Positions 53,728-62,485 of a stretch of 64,000 nucleotides of DNA are shown here, piece by piece. The translations under genes were made by a program, and so were the position numbers. Origin of the DNA: Gaiellales bacterium (GTDB lineage: Bacteria > Actinomycetota > Thermoleophilia > Gaiellales > Gaiellaceae); NCBI GenBank assembly GCA_038239825.1, contig JBBSEJ010000001.1:40232-104231 (forward strand), read 5' to 3'. Under the pieces are notes generated by a model. It was given only the letters and a program-made list of their open reading frames with translations. It was not told the DNA's origin and ran no database searches. The stretch's first letter is position 1. Each line of letters starts with the position of its first letter.

Positions 53728-55191
53728 CTACCCGCATGCCTTCGCGAGCAGGATCCCGGCACGACGGACGTTCGGGACCCTGCCGTGGACGGCGAGGCGA
53801 CAGACGTGCTCGGACGCAGAGCCGCCCGGACGGCCGACGTGGATCGCAAGCGGATGGACGCCCACGGTGTGCAAGCGGTGCAGGCCGCCGAGCCGCAGGA
53901 TACGAAGGGCGCCGAGCTCGCCCAGGCGATGGCCTCGTGGAGCGGCGCGGCGCTCCACGAGGCCGTAGAGCCTCGCGTTGCCGACGAGGTAGAGCCGGTC
54001 GGCATCGGCGACGACCGGAGAGTACTTCCCATCGGGAAACGACCACACCCGTCGCCCGGTTCGTGCGTCGAGTGCGTATGTCACGCCCTCGAGGGTCGCG
54101 AAGTAGACGCGCCCGGCAACGATCGTCGGTGAGCCGGAGATCGGGCCGTTCGCGACGAACTGCCAGAGGACTGCCCCCGTCGCAGCATCGAGGCAGAAGA
54201 AGCGGTGTGAATACGAGCCCACGAAGATCCGGTCGCGCCACACGGCCGGTGAGGAGTAGACGTAGCCGCCCGTCGATCGCGACCAGCGGAGCTTGCCGCT
54301 CGAGGCCCCGAACGAGTAGACCTTCCCGTCGGTCCCGCCGATGTAGACGCGCCCGTAGGCGACCGCAGGTGTTCCGTAGAAGTTGCCTCCCTGGCCGAAG
54401 CGGGGCTGTGCCTTGGCCTGCCAGAGCACGCGGCCGCTCATCGCGTTCAGCGCATAGACGTGACTCGAGTAGTCGCCGACGAAGATGCGGTTGCCGGAGA
54501 GCGCGACACCGCCCTTCACCTGCCCGTGCAGCTTCGTCACGAAGCGCACCGCACCCGTTCGGCGTCGGAGCGCCCACACCCGACCGCTCCAGTCGCCGAC
54601 GAAGACGGACGCCCCGACGACGAGCGGGGACGACTCGGAGGGGCCGATCTTCTTGCGCCAGCGAACGTGCCCGTCACCGACCGCGAACGCGATCACCTCG
54701 CCGCTCAGTGAGGCACTCGGCTTGCGATTGCAGGGTGGCGCGTTGAGAAACGTCTCGTAGACGACATGGCGGTCGACGGCGGGAGAGGCTGCGACACACC
54801 GGTGCGAGACATAGCTCCACGCCTTGCGCCCGTTGGCCGCTCCCACCGCGAACATCACGCCCGCGTTGTTGGCGAAGAAGAGCCTGCCGTATGCGACCGC
54901 CGGTGGGAACTCGACGAGCGAGCGCGCATGAAAGGTCCAGGCACGGCGGAACGGCGGCGCGAGCGAGCTGCCGTTCGCGAAGCGAAGACGCTCAGGATCG
55001 TGCCCGTACGTCGGCCAGGCCACTCCCGGCTCCTTCGGCTTGGTCGCCACGGTCTCGGTCGGCACGAATTCCACCGTCGACGAGCCCTGCACGTCGCGCG
55101 CCTGATGCTTCACGCTCAGGTAGTAGGCGAGACCGGCTCCTGCGACCGCCACCGCGACGACGACGGACGTGACGAGGAGCACGCGCTTCAC
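53728..55191 (-). CDS. N-terminally membrane-anchored PQQ-like (BamB-like) beta-propeller repeat protein
   Basis: 487 aa. The GTG start overlaps the upstream stop. N-terminal TM VLLVTSVVVAVAVAGAGLAYYL. Repeated xYA(L/V)(D/N)AxTGxxxW blades: VYALNAMSGRVLWQA, FFCLDAATGAVLWQF, TYALDARTGRRVWSF. Confidence 0.8.
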   Translation of the reverse strand: MKRVLLVTSVVVAVAVAGAGLAYYLSVKHQARDVQGSSTVEFVPTETVATKPKEPGVAWPTYGHDPERLRFANGSSLAPPFRRAWTFHARSLVEFPPAVAYGRLFFANNAGVMFAVGAANGRKAWSYVSHRCVAASPAVDRHVVYETFLNAPPCNRKPSASLSGEVIAFAVGDGHVRWRKKIGPSESSPLVVGASVFVGDWSGRVWALRRRTGAVRFVTKLHGQVKGGVALSGNRIFVGDYSSHVYALNAMSGRVLWQAKAQPRFGQGGNFYGTPAVAYGRVYIGGTDGKVYSFGASSGKLRWSRSTGGYVYSSPAVWRDRIFVGSYSHRFFCLDAATGAVLWQFVANGPISGSPTIVAGRVYFATLEGVTYALDARTGRRVWSFPDGKYSPVVADADRLYLVGNARLYGLVERRAAPRGHRLGELGALRILRLGGLHRLHTVGVHPLAIHVGRPGGSASEHVCRLAVHGRVPNVRRAGILLAKACG

Positions 55192-56600
55192 CGGTGCTCG
55201 ACCGCGTACACCCGGGAGTACCCGTGCAGCAGCAGCCGGTCACCGCTGCCGGAGACGGGCACGTACTCTCCGTGCGGGAAGTCGAGGACGACTCGTCCCG
55301 TGCCGACGTCGACGCCGATGATGCGGTGCGCGAACGTGCCCGCGTAGGCGACACCGTCGACGACGGTCGCGGCCCCTGAGATCGGCCCGCCGGTGCCGTG
55401 CGCCCACAGCGTCGTCCCCCGCGCCGCCGAGAGGGCGTAGAAAACACCGTTGTACGACCCGAAGAACACGCGGCCGCCGGCTACCGCCGGTGACGAGTAG
55501 ACATACGCGCCGGTCGAGCGCCGCCAGAGGTAACGGCCGCCGACCGTGAACGCGGTCAGCGAGCCGCCCGTCGAGCTCGGAACGAACACACGGCCGTTGG
55601 CAACCGCGGGCGTGCCGTAGACACGGCCGTCGACGGTCTGCGACCACCGGATCCGCCCGTTGCCCGTCCGCAACGCGAGCAGACGGCCGCAGTAGTCGCC
55701 GAGATAGAGCGTCGAGCCTGTGACCGCCACCGACGAGGTGATTTTGCAGCCCGTGCGCGTGCGCCAGCGAACCCGACGGGTCCGCAGATCGAGTGCGGTG
55801 ATCGTCCCGTCCCACGCGCCGAAGATGTCGAGGCCGTCGAGCACGACCGGCGACGACTCGACGGGCGAGCCGACGTCGTGGCGCCAGAGGAGCCGTCCGT
55901 CCGAGCGGCGCAGCACCCAGACGTGCCCATCCATCCCGTGCACGATCAGCTGGTCGCGCCACACTGCGGGCGACGCGGCCGTCTTGCCGCGAGGCGTGTC
56001 GTGCCGCCAGAGCACGTGACCGGTCCGCATCGACAGGGCCTGCACGGTTCCCCGCGCATTCGCGATGTAGGCAACCCCGTCCGCGACGACCGCCGGGAAC
56101 TCGATCAGCGTGCCGAGACCGCGCGACCACACGACCCGAAAGGGAGGCCGGACGTGAATCGACGCCTGCGCCTGTGTGCGTGCTGGCCCCGCCCCGTACA
56201 TCGTCCACTGGACGGACGGGCGGTAGACACGGATCGTCGATTTCGGATGCGATCGGAAGGAGAGCCGCACCGAGCGCCGTGCGTAGCCGGGCTTGATCGC
56301 GTGCGTGACGAGCGCTGCGCGCGCAAGCAGCGGGATCCGAGCGATCCCGCGACGGTTGCTGCGAGCCGACCGTCGGCCGATCGACACGCTCGCGCCTGCG
56401 AGCCGCCGGTTGGTGTCACCGTCGAGCACGGTCACCTGAACGGCCGGCGTGACGGCACCATGGGACGCCTGCACCGGCCGCACGACGGCCGCGGCGGTCG
56501 AGCTGCGGGTCGGCTCCGCGCCATCGCTCGAACCACATCCGGCGACACCCGTCGCTGCTGCGAAGAACGCTCCGACCGAGACCAGGGTGCGCCGCCTCAC
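55188..56600 (-). CDS. Lipoprotein with carboxypeptidase-regulatory-like Ig domain and PQQ-like beta-propeller
   Basis: Trimmed to GTG at 56600 (GTGA overlap with the ATP-grasp stop). Signal/lipobox VRRRTLVSVGAFFAAATGVAGC. VQVTVLDGDTNRRLAGASVSIG is an Ig-like segment. Propeller blades: VQALSMRTGHVLWRH, ITALDLRTRRVRWRT, FYALSAARGTTLWAH. Confidence 0.8.
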   Translation of the reverse strand: MRRRTLVSVGAFFAAATGVAGCGSSDGAEPTRSSTAAAVVRPVQASHGAVTPAVQVTVLDGDTNRRLAGASVSIGRRSARSNRRGIARIPLLARAALVTHAIKPGYARRSVRLSFRSHPKSTIRVYRPSVQWTMYGAGPARTQAQASIHVRPPFRVVWSRGLGTLIEFPAVVADGVAYIANARGTVQALSMRTGHVLWRHDTPRGKTAASPAVWRDQLIVHGMDGHVWVLRRSDGRLLWRHDVGSPVESSPVVLDGLDIFGAWDGTITALDLRTRRVRWRTRTGCKITSSVAVTGSTLYLGDYCGRLLALRTGNGRIRWSQTVDGRVYGTPAVANGRVFVPSSTGGSLTAFTVGGRYLWRRSTGAYVYSSPAVAGGRVFFGSYNGVFYALSAARGTTLWAHGTGGPISGAATVVDGVAYAGTFAHRIIGVDVGTGRVVLDFPHGEYVPVSGSGDRLLLHGYSRVYAVEHR

Positions 56601-57598
56601 GCTTCCCCGGGCACCGCCTCCGCCTGCACCGCGGTCGGGGGAAGCTCCTCCAGTGAGCCGTCCCGCTCCGCCAGGATCACCTGGGAGAAGTAGCGCGTCA
56701 TCACGACGCCCTCGCGGAACGCACCCAGTCGCGGCTCCGGCTTCTCGCCGCCGGCGAGGGCGAGCGCGAGCTCTGGATAGTTCGAGCCGGCCGCGGTCGG
56801 CAGCGGGAAGCCGCCCCCGAAGCGCGGATTCACGTCGGTGACCTGGAGCTCGCCGTCCGGCTCGCGGAAGCACTGCACGTTCGCCGGGCCGATGATGCGG
56901 AGCGCTTCGGACACCTGAACCCCGAAGTCGATCAGGTCGGGATCCTTGATCGTCATTCCCTTGATCGACTCGCCTCCCTTCGACTCGATCATCGTGCGCG
57001 GGATCGCCGCCAGGCAGCGCCCGTCGAGGTCGTTGAACACATCGATCGAGAACTCGGTGCCGAGGCAGAGCCGCTGCACCATCGAATCTGCCGTGGTGTA
57101 GCCGAGGAAGAAGCCGAGCTCAGCCGCGTCCTCGGCGCGGAAGATGTGACGCGAGCCGAATCCCCTGCGTGCCTTCACCAGCACCGGGAAGCGCAGGTCC
57201 GCGGGCAACTCGTTCGGGAGCCAGGTCGGCGGCGACCCGATCCCGAGCTCCTCGAAGAACCTGTGCGCCTGGTACTTGTCGGAGCAGCGCGCGATCGTCT
57301 GCAGGCCCGGCACGAGCACGACCGCGGCGCCGAGCTCGTCGCGAGCCTCGGCAAGCACGAGATGATCGAGATCGGTGAGCGGCACGATCAAGCGCACGTC
57401 GTGCAGCAGCACGAGATCGAGCAACGCCCCCGCGTAGCCGGGGTCATCGACACGAGGAACGATCGCTCGGCGATCGGCGTGGTAGAGCGCCGGGGCGAGC
57501 TGGTCGGCGTCGGTCGCGATCGTCGTCGCCCCGGCCTCACGGAACGCTGTGACGATGTCGACGCGCTGGCCCGCGCACGTGAAGAGAACGGCCGTCAC
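56597..57598 (-). CDS. ATP-grasp domain ligase (CarB/PurK-like fold)
   Basis: 333 aa. DKYQAHRFFEELGI, FPVLVKARRGFGSRHI, QRLCLGTEFSIDVF, VTDVNPRFGGGFP; a typical ATP-grasp layout. Confidence 0.82.
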   Translation of the reverse strand: MTAVLFTCAGQRVDIVTAFREAGATTIATDADQLAPALYHADRRAIVPRVDDPGYAGALLDLVLLHDVRLIVPLTDLDHLVLAEARDELGAAVVLVPGLQTIARCSDKYQAHRFFEELGIGSPPTWLPNELPADLRFPVLVKARRGFGSRHIFRAEDAAELGFFLGYTTADSMVQRLCLGTEFSIDVFNDLDGRCLAAIPRTMIESKGGESIKGMTIKDPDLIDFGVQVSEALRIIGPANVQCFREPDGELQVTDVNPRFGGGFPLPTAAGSNYPELALALAGGEKPEPRLGAFREGVVMTRYFSQVILAERDGSLEELPPTAVQAEAVPGEA

Positions 57599-57634
57599 TG
57601 GTTGTGGAGGGTAGCGGGGCGGCGTGTGAGGCCC

Positions 57635-58213
57635 TCAGCCCCGCCAACCGCCGCGTTGCCCCTTGTAGGTGCCGCCGAAGAGCGCGAGCGGCGTCCGGAG
57701 CAGGATCAGCACATCGGTCTTCCAGTCGCGGTGGCGCACATACCAGAGATCGAGCTCGATGCGGTCCGCCCACGGGAGCGTCGCGCGGCCGTGGATCTGC
57801 GCCCAGCCGGTGATCCCCGGCTTCACGTCGAGACGGTGCAGCTGCTCGGCGTCATAGGCGTCGACCTGGTAGCGGAGAGTCGGGCGCGGCCCGATCACGG
57901 ACATGTCGCCACGCACGACGTTCCAGAGCTGCGGCAGCTCGTCGATGCTCGTGCGGCGCAGTAGGCGGCCCACCGTCGTGATTCGCGCGTCACCCCTGTC
58001 GACGGCGTACCCCGCCCCCTGCCGCTCGGCACCGACGATCATGGTGCGCAGCTTCAGCAGCTCGAAGTCGACGCCGGTTCGCCCGACTCTCGTCTGCCTG
58101 TAGAGCACAGGACCTCCGTCCTCGAGCCTGACCGCCAGAGCGCCGAGTGCGAGAAACGGGCTCGAGGCAACGAGGCTGGCACCCGCGATCGCGATGTCGA
58201 GGGCCCTATTCAC
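57635..58213 (-). CDS. Small monotopic phosphoglycosyl transferase (PglC/WecP-type 'sugar transferase', Bac_transf)
   Basis: Trimmed to GTG at 58213. RALDIAIAGASLVASSPFLAL, GGPVLYRQTRVG, LKLRTM, DARITTVGRLLRRTSIDELPQLWNVVRGDMSVIGPRP. Confidence 0.88.
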   Translation of the reverse strand: MNRALDIAIAGASLVASSPFLALGALAVRLEDGGPVLYRQTRVGRTGVDFELLKLRTMIVGAERQGAGYAVDRGDARITTVGRLLRRTSIDELPQLWNVVRGDMSVIGPRPTLRYQVDAYDAEQLHRLDVKPGITGWAQIHGRATLPWADRIELDLWYVRHRDWKTDVLILLRTPLALFGGTYKGQRGGWRG

Positions 58214-59294
58214 GAATCGGCTCCCAATTCGCAGGAACCCCGCGGCGGAGGTAGTTGACGAGCGAGACGAGCGTCGCCAACGACACGAGCACGTAGTAGC
58301 GCGCGATCCCGACGCCGACAGCCGCCGCCGCGAGCAGCGCAGCCTGCGCGGCGAGCACCACGTCGTAGACCCAGCCGTGCGTGACGAGCGCCACCGAGGT
58401 CGCGAGCAAGATGACGTGCAGGCCACCCGAGCTGTAGCGGAGCAACCGGTGCGAGACGATCTCGAGGCCGTAGAGAGGGCCGAGCCGCCGCAGCATCTTG
58501 CCGCGCACCACGATGAGCCAGCAATGCTCGAACATGCGCACCTTGCGCCGATACTCGGTCTCGTTCGACGGCGTCGGCCGCTCGGACGCCTCTGCAGCCG
58601 GCTCGTAGACTGCCCGCCGCCCACGCTGCACCATCAGATACGGCAGCGAGAGGTCGTGCCCGAAGCGAGGGTCGACCTCGACGTAGTCCGAGCGGCGGAC
58701 CGCATAGATCGAGCCGTTCCCCCCCGTGACCGAGCCGAGCTTCGACTCGGCGCCGCGCTGGAGCATCTCGTAGCGCCAGTAGACGCCCTCCTTGTTGCCG
58801 CCGTCTGCGGCAAGGATCCTCAGCTGCCCACAGACGTATGCGACGTCGGGGTCGGCGAACGAGCGGACGAGCGTGCGCAACGCTTCGGGCGCCCAGGTGC
58901 AGTTCGCGTCGGAGAACACCACGATCTCGCTGTCGGTCTGGCGGACGGCGCGATCCTGCGCCGCGACCTTGCCGCCCCGCGGATTCGAGATCACCCGCAC
59001 CTCCGGATACTGGAGCGCAATCTCCTCGGTCCGGTCGCCGGACGCATCGGACGAGACGACGAGCTGCAATTTCTCCTGCGGATAGTCGAGCTCGAGGAGG
59101 TTCTGGATGCGGCGTGCGATCACCGGTTCCTCGTTGTAGGCAGCGATGATCACCGCGACCGTAGGCTCGATGTCAGCCGTGTGAACCCGACGCGTCGTGA
59201 GGCGCGCGAGCAGAGCGGCGAGCACCGGATACAGGAGGTGCGTCCACAGAAGTGCGACCAGCGAGGCCCAGAAGAGCACGACGACGACGATCAC
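58206..59294 (-). CDS. Membrane-embedded GT2 glycosyltransferase (synthase-like architecture: N-terminal TM, cytosolic GT-A, C-terminal TM bundle)
   Basis: 362 aa with GTG start. IIAAYNEE, SSDASGDRT, VFSDANC, TGGNGSIYAVRR. A YRRKVRM segment sits where QxxRW would be. C-terminal helices. Confidence 0.82.
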   Translation of the reverse strand: MIVVVVLFWASLVALLWTHLLYPVLAALLARLTTRRVHTADIEPTVAVIIAAYNEEPVIARRIQNLLELDYPQEKLQLVVSSDASGDRTEEIALQYPEVRVISNPRGGKVAAQDRAVRQTDSEIVVFSDANCTWAPEALRTLVRSFADPDVAYVCGQLRILAADGGNKEGVYWRYEMLQRGAESKLGSVTGGNGSIYAVRRSDYVEVDPRFGHDLSLPYLMVQRGRRAVYEPAAEASERPTPSNETEYRRKVRMFEHCWLIVVRGKMLRRLGPLYGLEIVSHRLLRYSSGGLHVILLATSVALVTHGWVYDVVLAAQAALLAAAAVGVGIARYYVLVSLATLVSLVNYLRRGVPANWEPIRE

Positions 59295-59328
59295 GCAGCG
59301 AGTGTAGATAGCCTCGTCGTCGCCGCCG

Positions 59329-60381
59329 ATGCGAGTCCTGATCGTCGATACCTGCTATCCCGCGTTCCTCGATGCTCACTACGGACGGCACGAAGGGCTT
59401 GCGAGCCGCCCCTACGACGAGCAGTGGCGTGCGCTCATGGCCACGCACTTCGGCACCGCCGACGCGTACTCCCATTTTCTCCGTGCACTCGGGCACGAGG
59501 CCCACGAAGTCGTAGTCAACTGCGCGCCGCTTCAGCAGGCCTGGGCCGACGAGCACGGACTGGGCGTCGTCTCCCACGAGCAGATCCTGCTCGCGCAGGT
59601 CGACGACTACCGGCCGGACGTCGTCTATCTCCAGAACCTCCACGTGCTCTCCGACGAGACCATGGCCGAGCTTCGGTCGCGAGACCCGCTCGTTGCGGGA
59701 CAGATCGCGAGCACCGCGCCGACCGACGATCGGCTGAGGAGCTTCGACCTGCTGCTCACGTCATTCCCCCATTTCGTCGAGCGGTTCCGCGCACTCGGCG
59801 TGCTCGCCGAGTACTTCCGCATCGGCTTCGACCCACGGGTGCTCACCGACCTCGGCGAGGTTCCCCCGGCGCACCCGATCGTCTTCGTCGGCGCGCTCAA
59901 CGCGTTTCACCATCGGGCCGGAAACCGTGTCCTCGCGAGAGCTGCCAGGAGCCTCCCCGTGCAGTTCTGGGGCTACGACCTGCGCGGCCGGCCTCCCTGG
60001 TCGCCGCTCCGGCGACGCTACAACGGACAGGCGTGGGGCATCGAGATGTTTCGTCTGCTCGCTTCCGCGCGCGTGGTTCTCAACCGCCACATCGGCGAGG
60101 CAGGCGAGTATGCGAACAACATGCGCCTGTACGAGGCCACGGGCGTCGGCTCGCTCCTGATCACCGACGCGAAGACGAATCTCGCCGAGCTGTTCGAGCC
60201 CGGCCACGAAGTCGTCACCTATGCGAACGCCGAGGAGCTCGTCCGGGAGGCGAGACGGTACCTCGCGGACGATGACGCGCGCCGCGAGATCGCGGCCGCA
60301 GGACACGCCCGGACGCTCCGCGATCACACCTATGCGATCCGGATGCAGGAGCTCGCAACGATCCTCGAGAACCACCGTTGA
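59329..60381 (+). CDS. CgeB-family / DUF3880-type glycosyltransferase-like protein
   Basis: 350 aa. MRVLIVDTCYPAFL N-terminus. The C-terminal ARVVLNRHIGEAGEYANNMRLYEATGVGSLLITDAKTNLAELFEPGHEVVTYANAEELVREARRYLADDDARREIA matches the CgeB/Glyco_trans_1_2 pattern. Confidence 0.78.
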   Translation: MRVLIVDTCYPAFLDAHYGRHEGLASRPYDEQWRALMATHFGTADAYSHFLRALGHEAHEVVVNCAPLQQAWADEHGLGVVSHEQILLAQVDDYRPDVVYLQNLHVLSDETMAELRSRDPLVAGQIASTAPTDDRLRSFDLLLTSFPHFVERFRALGVLAEYFRIGFDPRVLTDLGEVPPAHPIVFVGALNAFHHRAGNRVLARAARSLPVQFWGYDLRGRPPWSPLRRRYNGQAWGIEMFRLLASARVVLNRHIGEAGEYANNMRLYEATGVGSLLITDAKTNLAELFEPGHEVVTYANAEELVREARRYLADDDARREIAAAGHARTLRDHTYAIRMQELATILENHR

Positions 60382-61391
60382 TGACGACGCCCGAGCTTTC
60401 CACCCGGTTCGCCGGCGCACGTGTGCTGATCACCGGCGGGCTCGGCTTCATCGGCTCAACCCTCGCGCGCGCGCTCGTGCGCCTGAATGCGAACGTCGTC
60501 GTCATCGACTCGCTCGTGCCCGAGTACGGCGGCCTGCTCTACAACGTCGCCGGGCTCGAAGATCGCCTCACGATCAACATCTCGGACGTCCGCGACGAGC
60601 ACAGCTTGCGACATCTCGTGCGCGGGCAGGACGTGATCTTCAATCTCGCGGGCCAGACCAGTCATCTCGACTCGATGACGGACCCGTACACCGACCTCGA
60701 GATCAACGCCCGCAGCCAGCTCTCGATCCTCGAGGCGTGCCGCCACGAAGCCCCGGGCGTCAAGATCGTCTTCGCGAGCACGCGTCAGATCTACGGGCGC
60801 CCGGAGCGCCTCCCCGTGGACGAGAGCCATCCGATCGCGCCGGTCGACGTGAACGGCATCAACAAGACGGCGGGCGAGTGGTACCACCTGCTCTACGGCG
60901 ATGTGTACGGGTTGCGGACCTCGGTCCTCCGTCTCACGAACACCTATGGCCCCCGGATGCGTGTGCGCGACGCGCGGCAGACCTTCCTCGGCATCTGGAT
61001 GCGCCGAGCCCTTGGGGACGAGGAGATCCTCGTCTACGGCGACGGCAGCCAGCGACGAGATCTCACCTACGTCGACGATGCCGTCGCGGCCTTCTTGCTC
61101 GCCGCCGCCCACGACGAGACGAACGGCCGCGTCTACAACCTCGGCGGTGCGGGCAACGTGTCGCTGCTCGAGCTGGCGGAAATCGTCGTCGCCGCCGCAG
61201 GGTCGGGACGCGTGCGCATCGTTCCGTTCCCGCCCGCCCGGAAGAGCATCGACATCGGCGACTTCTACGCCGACTGGTCTGCGATCGAGCACGACCTCGG
61301 CTGGCGTCCGACCGTCGGCGTCGAAGAGGGCGTGAGACGAACACTCGCGTACTACCGCGAGCACGGCGCGCAGTACTGGGATGCGCCTTGA
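60381..61391 (+). CDS. Extended-SDR epimerase/dehydratase-fold protein with non-canonical active site (NxxxK instead of YxxxK)
   Basis: The ATG at 60381 overlaps the upstream TGA by 1 nt. VLITGGLGFIGSTL Rossmann motif and ASTRQIYG. VNGINK (N158, K162; nt 60852-60866) sits where PYGxSK is expected. NTYGPRM. Confidence 0.82.
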   Translation: MTTPELSTRFAGARVLITGGLGFIGSTLARALVRLNANVVVIDSLVPEYGGLLYNVAGLEDRLTINISDVRDEHSLRHLVRGQDVIFNLAGQTSHLDSMTDPYTDLEINARSQLSILEACRHEAPGVKIVFASTRQIYGRPERLPVDESHPIAPVDVNGINKTAGEWYHLLYGDVYGLRTSVLRLTNTYGPRMRVRDARQTFLGIWMRRALGDEEILVYGDGSQRRDLTYVDDAVAAFLLAAAHDETNGRVYNLGGAGNVSLLELAEIVVAAAGSGRVRIVPFPPARKSIDIGDFYADWSAIEHDLGWRPTVGVEEGVRRTLAYYREHGAQYWDAP

Positions 61392-62485
61392 GCGTCCCGT
61401 TTCTCGACCTCAGGCGCGAAACCGAGCGGCTGCGGCCCGAGCTCGAATCGGCGATCGCTCGCGTCCTCTCGTCCGGGCGCTTCGTCTTGAGCGCAGAAGT
61501 CGAGGCGTTCGAAGCCGCGTTCGCGGCGTATTGCGAGGCCGGGCTCTCGGTCGGCGTCGCCTCGGGGACGGATGCGATCACGATCGCGCTGATCGCTGCC
61601 GGCGTGGAGCCGGGGGACGAGGTGATCACGGCGGCGAACACGTGTATCCCGACGATCGTCGGGATCGAGCGGGCCGGTGCTGTGCCCGTGCTCGCCGATG
61701 TCGATGCGGTGACCTACACCCTCGCACCCACCGAGGTCGAGCGTCGCCTGTCGCGAAGAACCCGTGCCCTCCTACCGGTTCATCTCTACGGCCAGACGGC
61801 AGATTTGGGAGCGCTGCAGCGGATCGCCGAGAGTCACGACCTGCTGCTCATCGAGGACTGCGCGCAGTCACACGGCGCGACCTGGCACGGACGGCGCGCC
61901 GGCTCGGTGGGCGTTGCCTCCGCCTTCAGCTTCTATCCGACGAAGAACCTCGGTGCGCTCGGCGACGGCGGCGCCGTCGTCGCCACCGCCCCGAAGGTGA
62001 TCGAGCAAGCACGACTGTTGCGCAACTACGGCGAGCGCGGGCGCTTCGAGCACGTGCTTCACGGCTTCAACAGCCGACTCGACGCCCTGCAGGCGGCGAT
62101 CCTCCAGGCAAAGCTGCTGCACCTCGAGGCCGCGAACGACCGGCGACGAGCGCTTGCGAAGGTTTACGACGACGTCCTCGCAGCAAGCCCGCTCGTCACG
62201 CCCGCCGTCGGCGACGGGCGCGGCCACGTCTACCACCTGTACGTCGTCCAGGCGCCCGACCGCGACCGTTTCCGCGCACGTCTGGACGAGGCGGGCATCG
62301 GAACTGCCGTTCAGTATCCGACGCCGGTGCACCGGCAGCCGGCCTACCGCGAGCTCGACGTTCCCGGCGGCTTCCCGGTCGCGGAGCAGCTCACCGAGCA
62401 TGTCGTCAGCCTGCCGATGTCGGCCGACCACTCGGACGACGAGATCGCGGGTTCGGCAGCCGCCGCCTACAGGGCGAGCAGGTAG
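61388..62485 (+). CDS. DegT/DnrJ/EryC1/StrS family PLP-dependent sugar aminotransferase
   Basis: Long track ORF 60221-62485 trimmed to TTG at 61388 (TTGA overlap with the upstream stop). VPFLDL N-terminus, GTDAITIAL, DCAQSHGA, and FSFYPTKNLGALGDGG (PLP lysine). Confidence 0.9.
   Translation: MSVPFLDLRRETERLRPELESAIARVLSSGRFVLSAEVEAFEAAFAAYCEAGLSVGVASGTDAITIALIAAGVEPGDEVITAANTCIPTIVGIERAGAVPVLADVDAVTYTLAPTEVERRLSRRTRALLPVHLYGQTADLGALQRIAESHDLLLIEDCAQSHGATWHGRRAGSVGVASAFSFYPTKNLGALGDGGAVVATAPKVIEQARLLRNYGERGRFEHVLHGFNSRLDALQAAILQAKLLHLEAANDRRRALAKVYDDVLAASPLVTPAVGDGRGHVYHLYVVQAPDRDRFRARLDEAGIGTAVQYPTPVHRQPAYRELDVPGGFPVAEQLTEHVVSLPMSADHSDDEIAGSAAAAYRASR

Noticed and set aside
53722-54132. 136-aa plus-strand ORF over the propeller 2 / epimerase junction as an alternative to the propeller C-terminal extension
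   Set aside because: The composition is poorer and it has no coupled start. The minus-strand frame keeps high G/C at third codon positions through the extension, so the minus-strand reading is preferred.
58194-60275. 693-aa plus-strand ORF; also 61381-63648 (755 aa), 21901-23505 (534 aa), 43366-44763 (465 aa) and 8673-9503 (276 aa)
   Set aside because: All are off-frame or antisense shadows of genes with clear motifs. They have R/P/A/D-rich junk composition.
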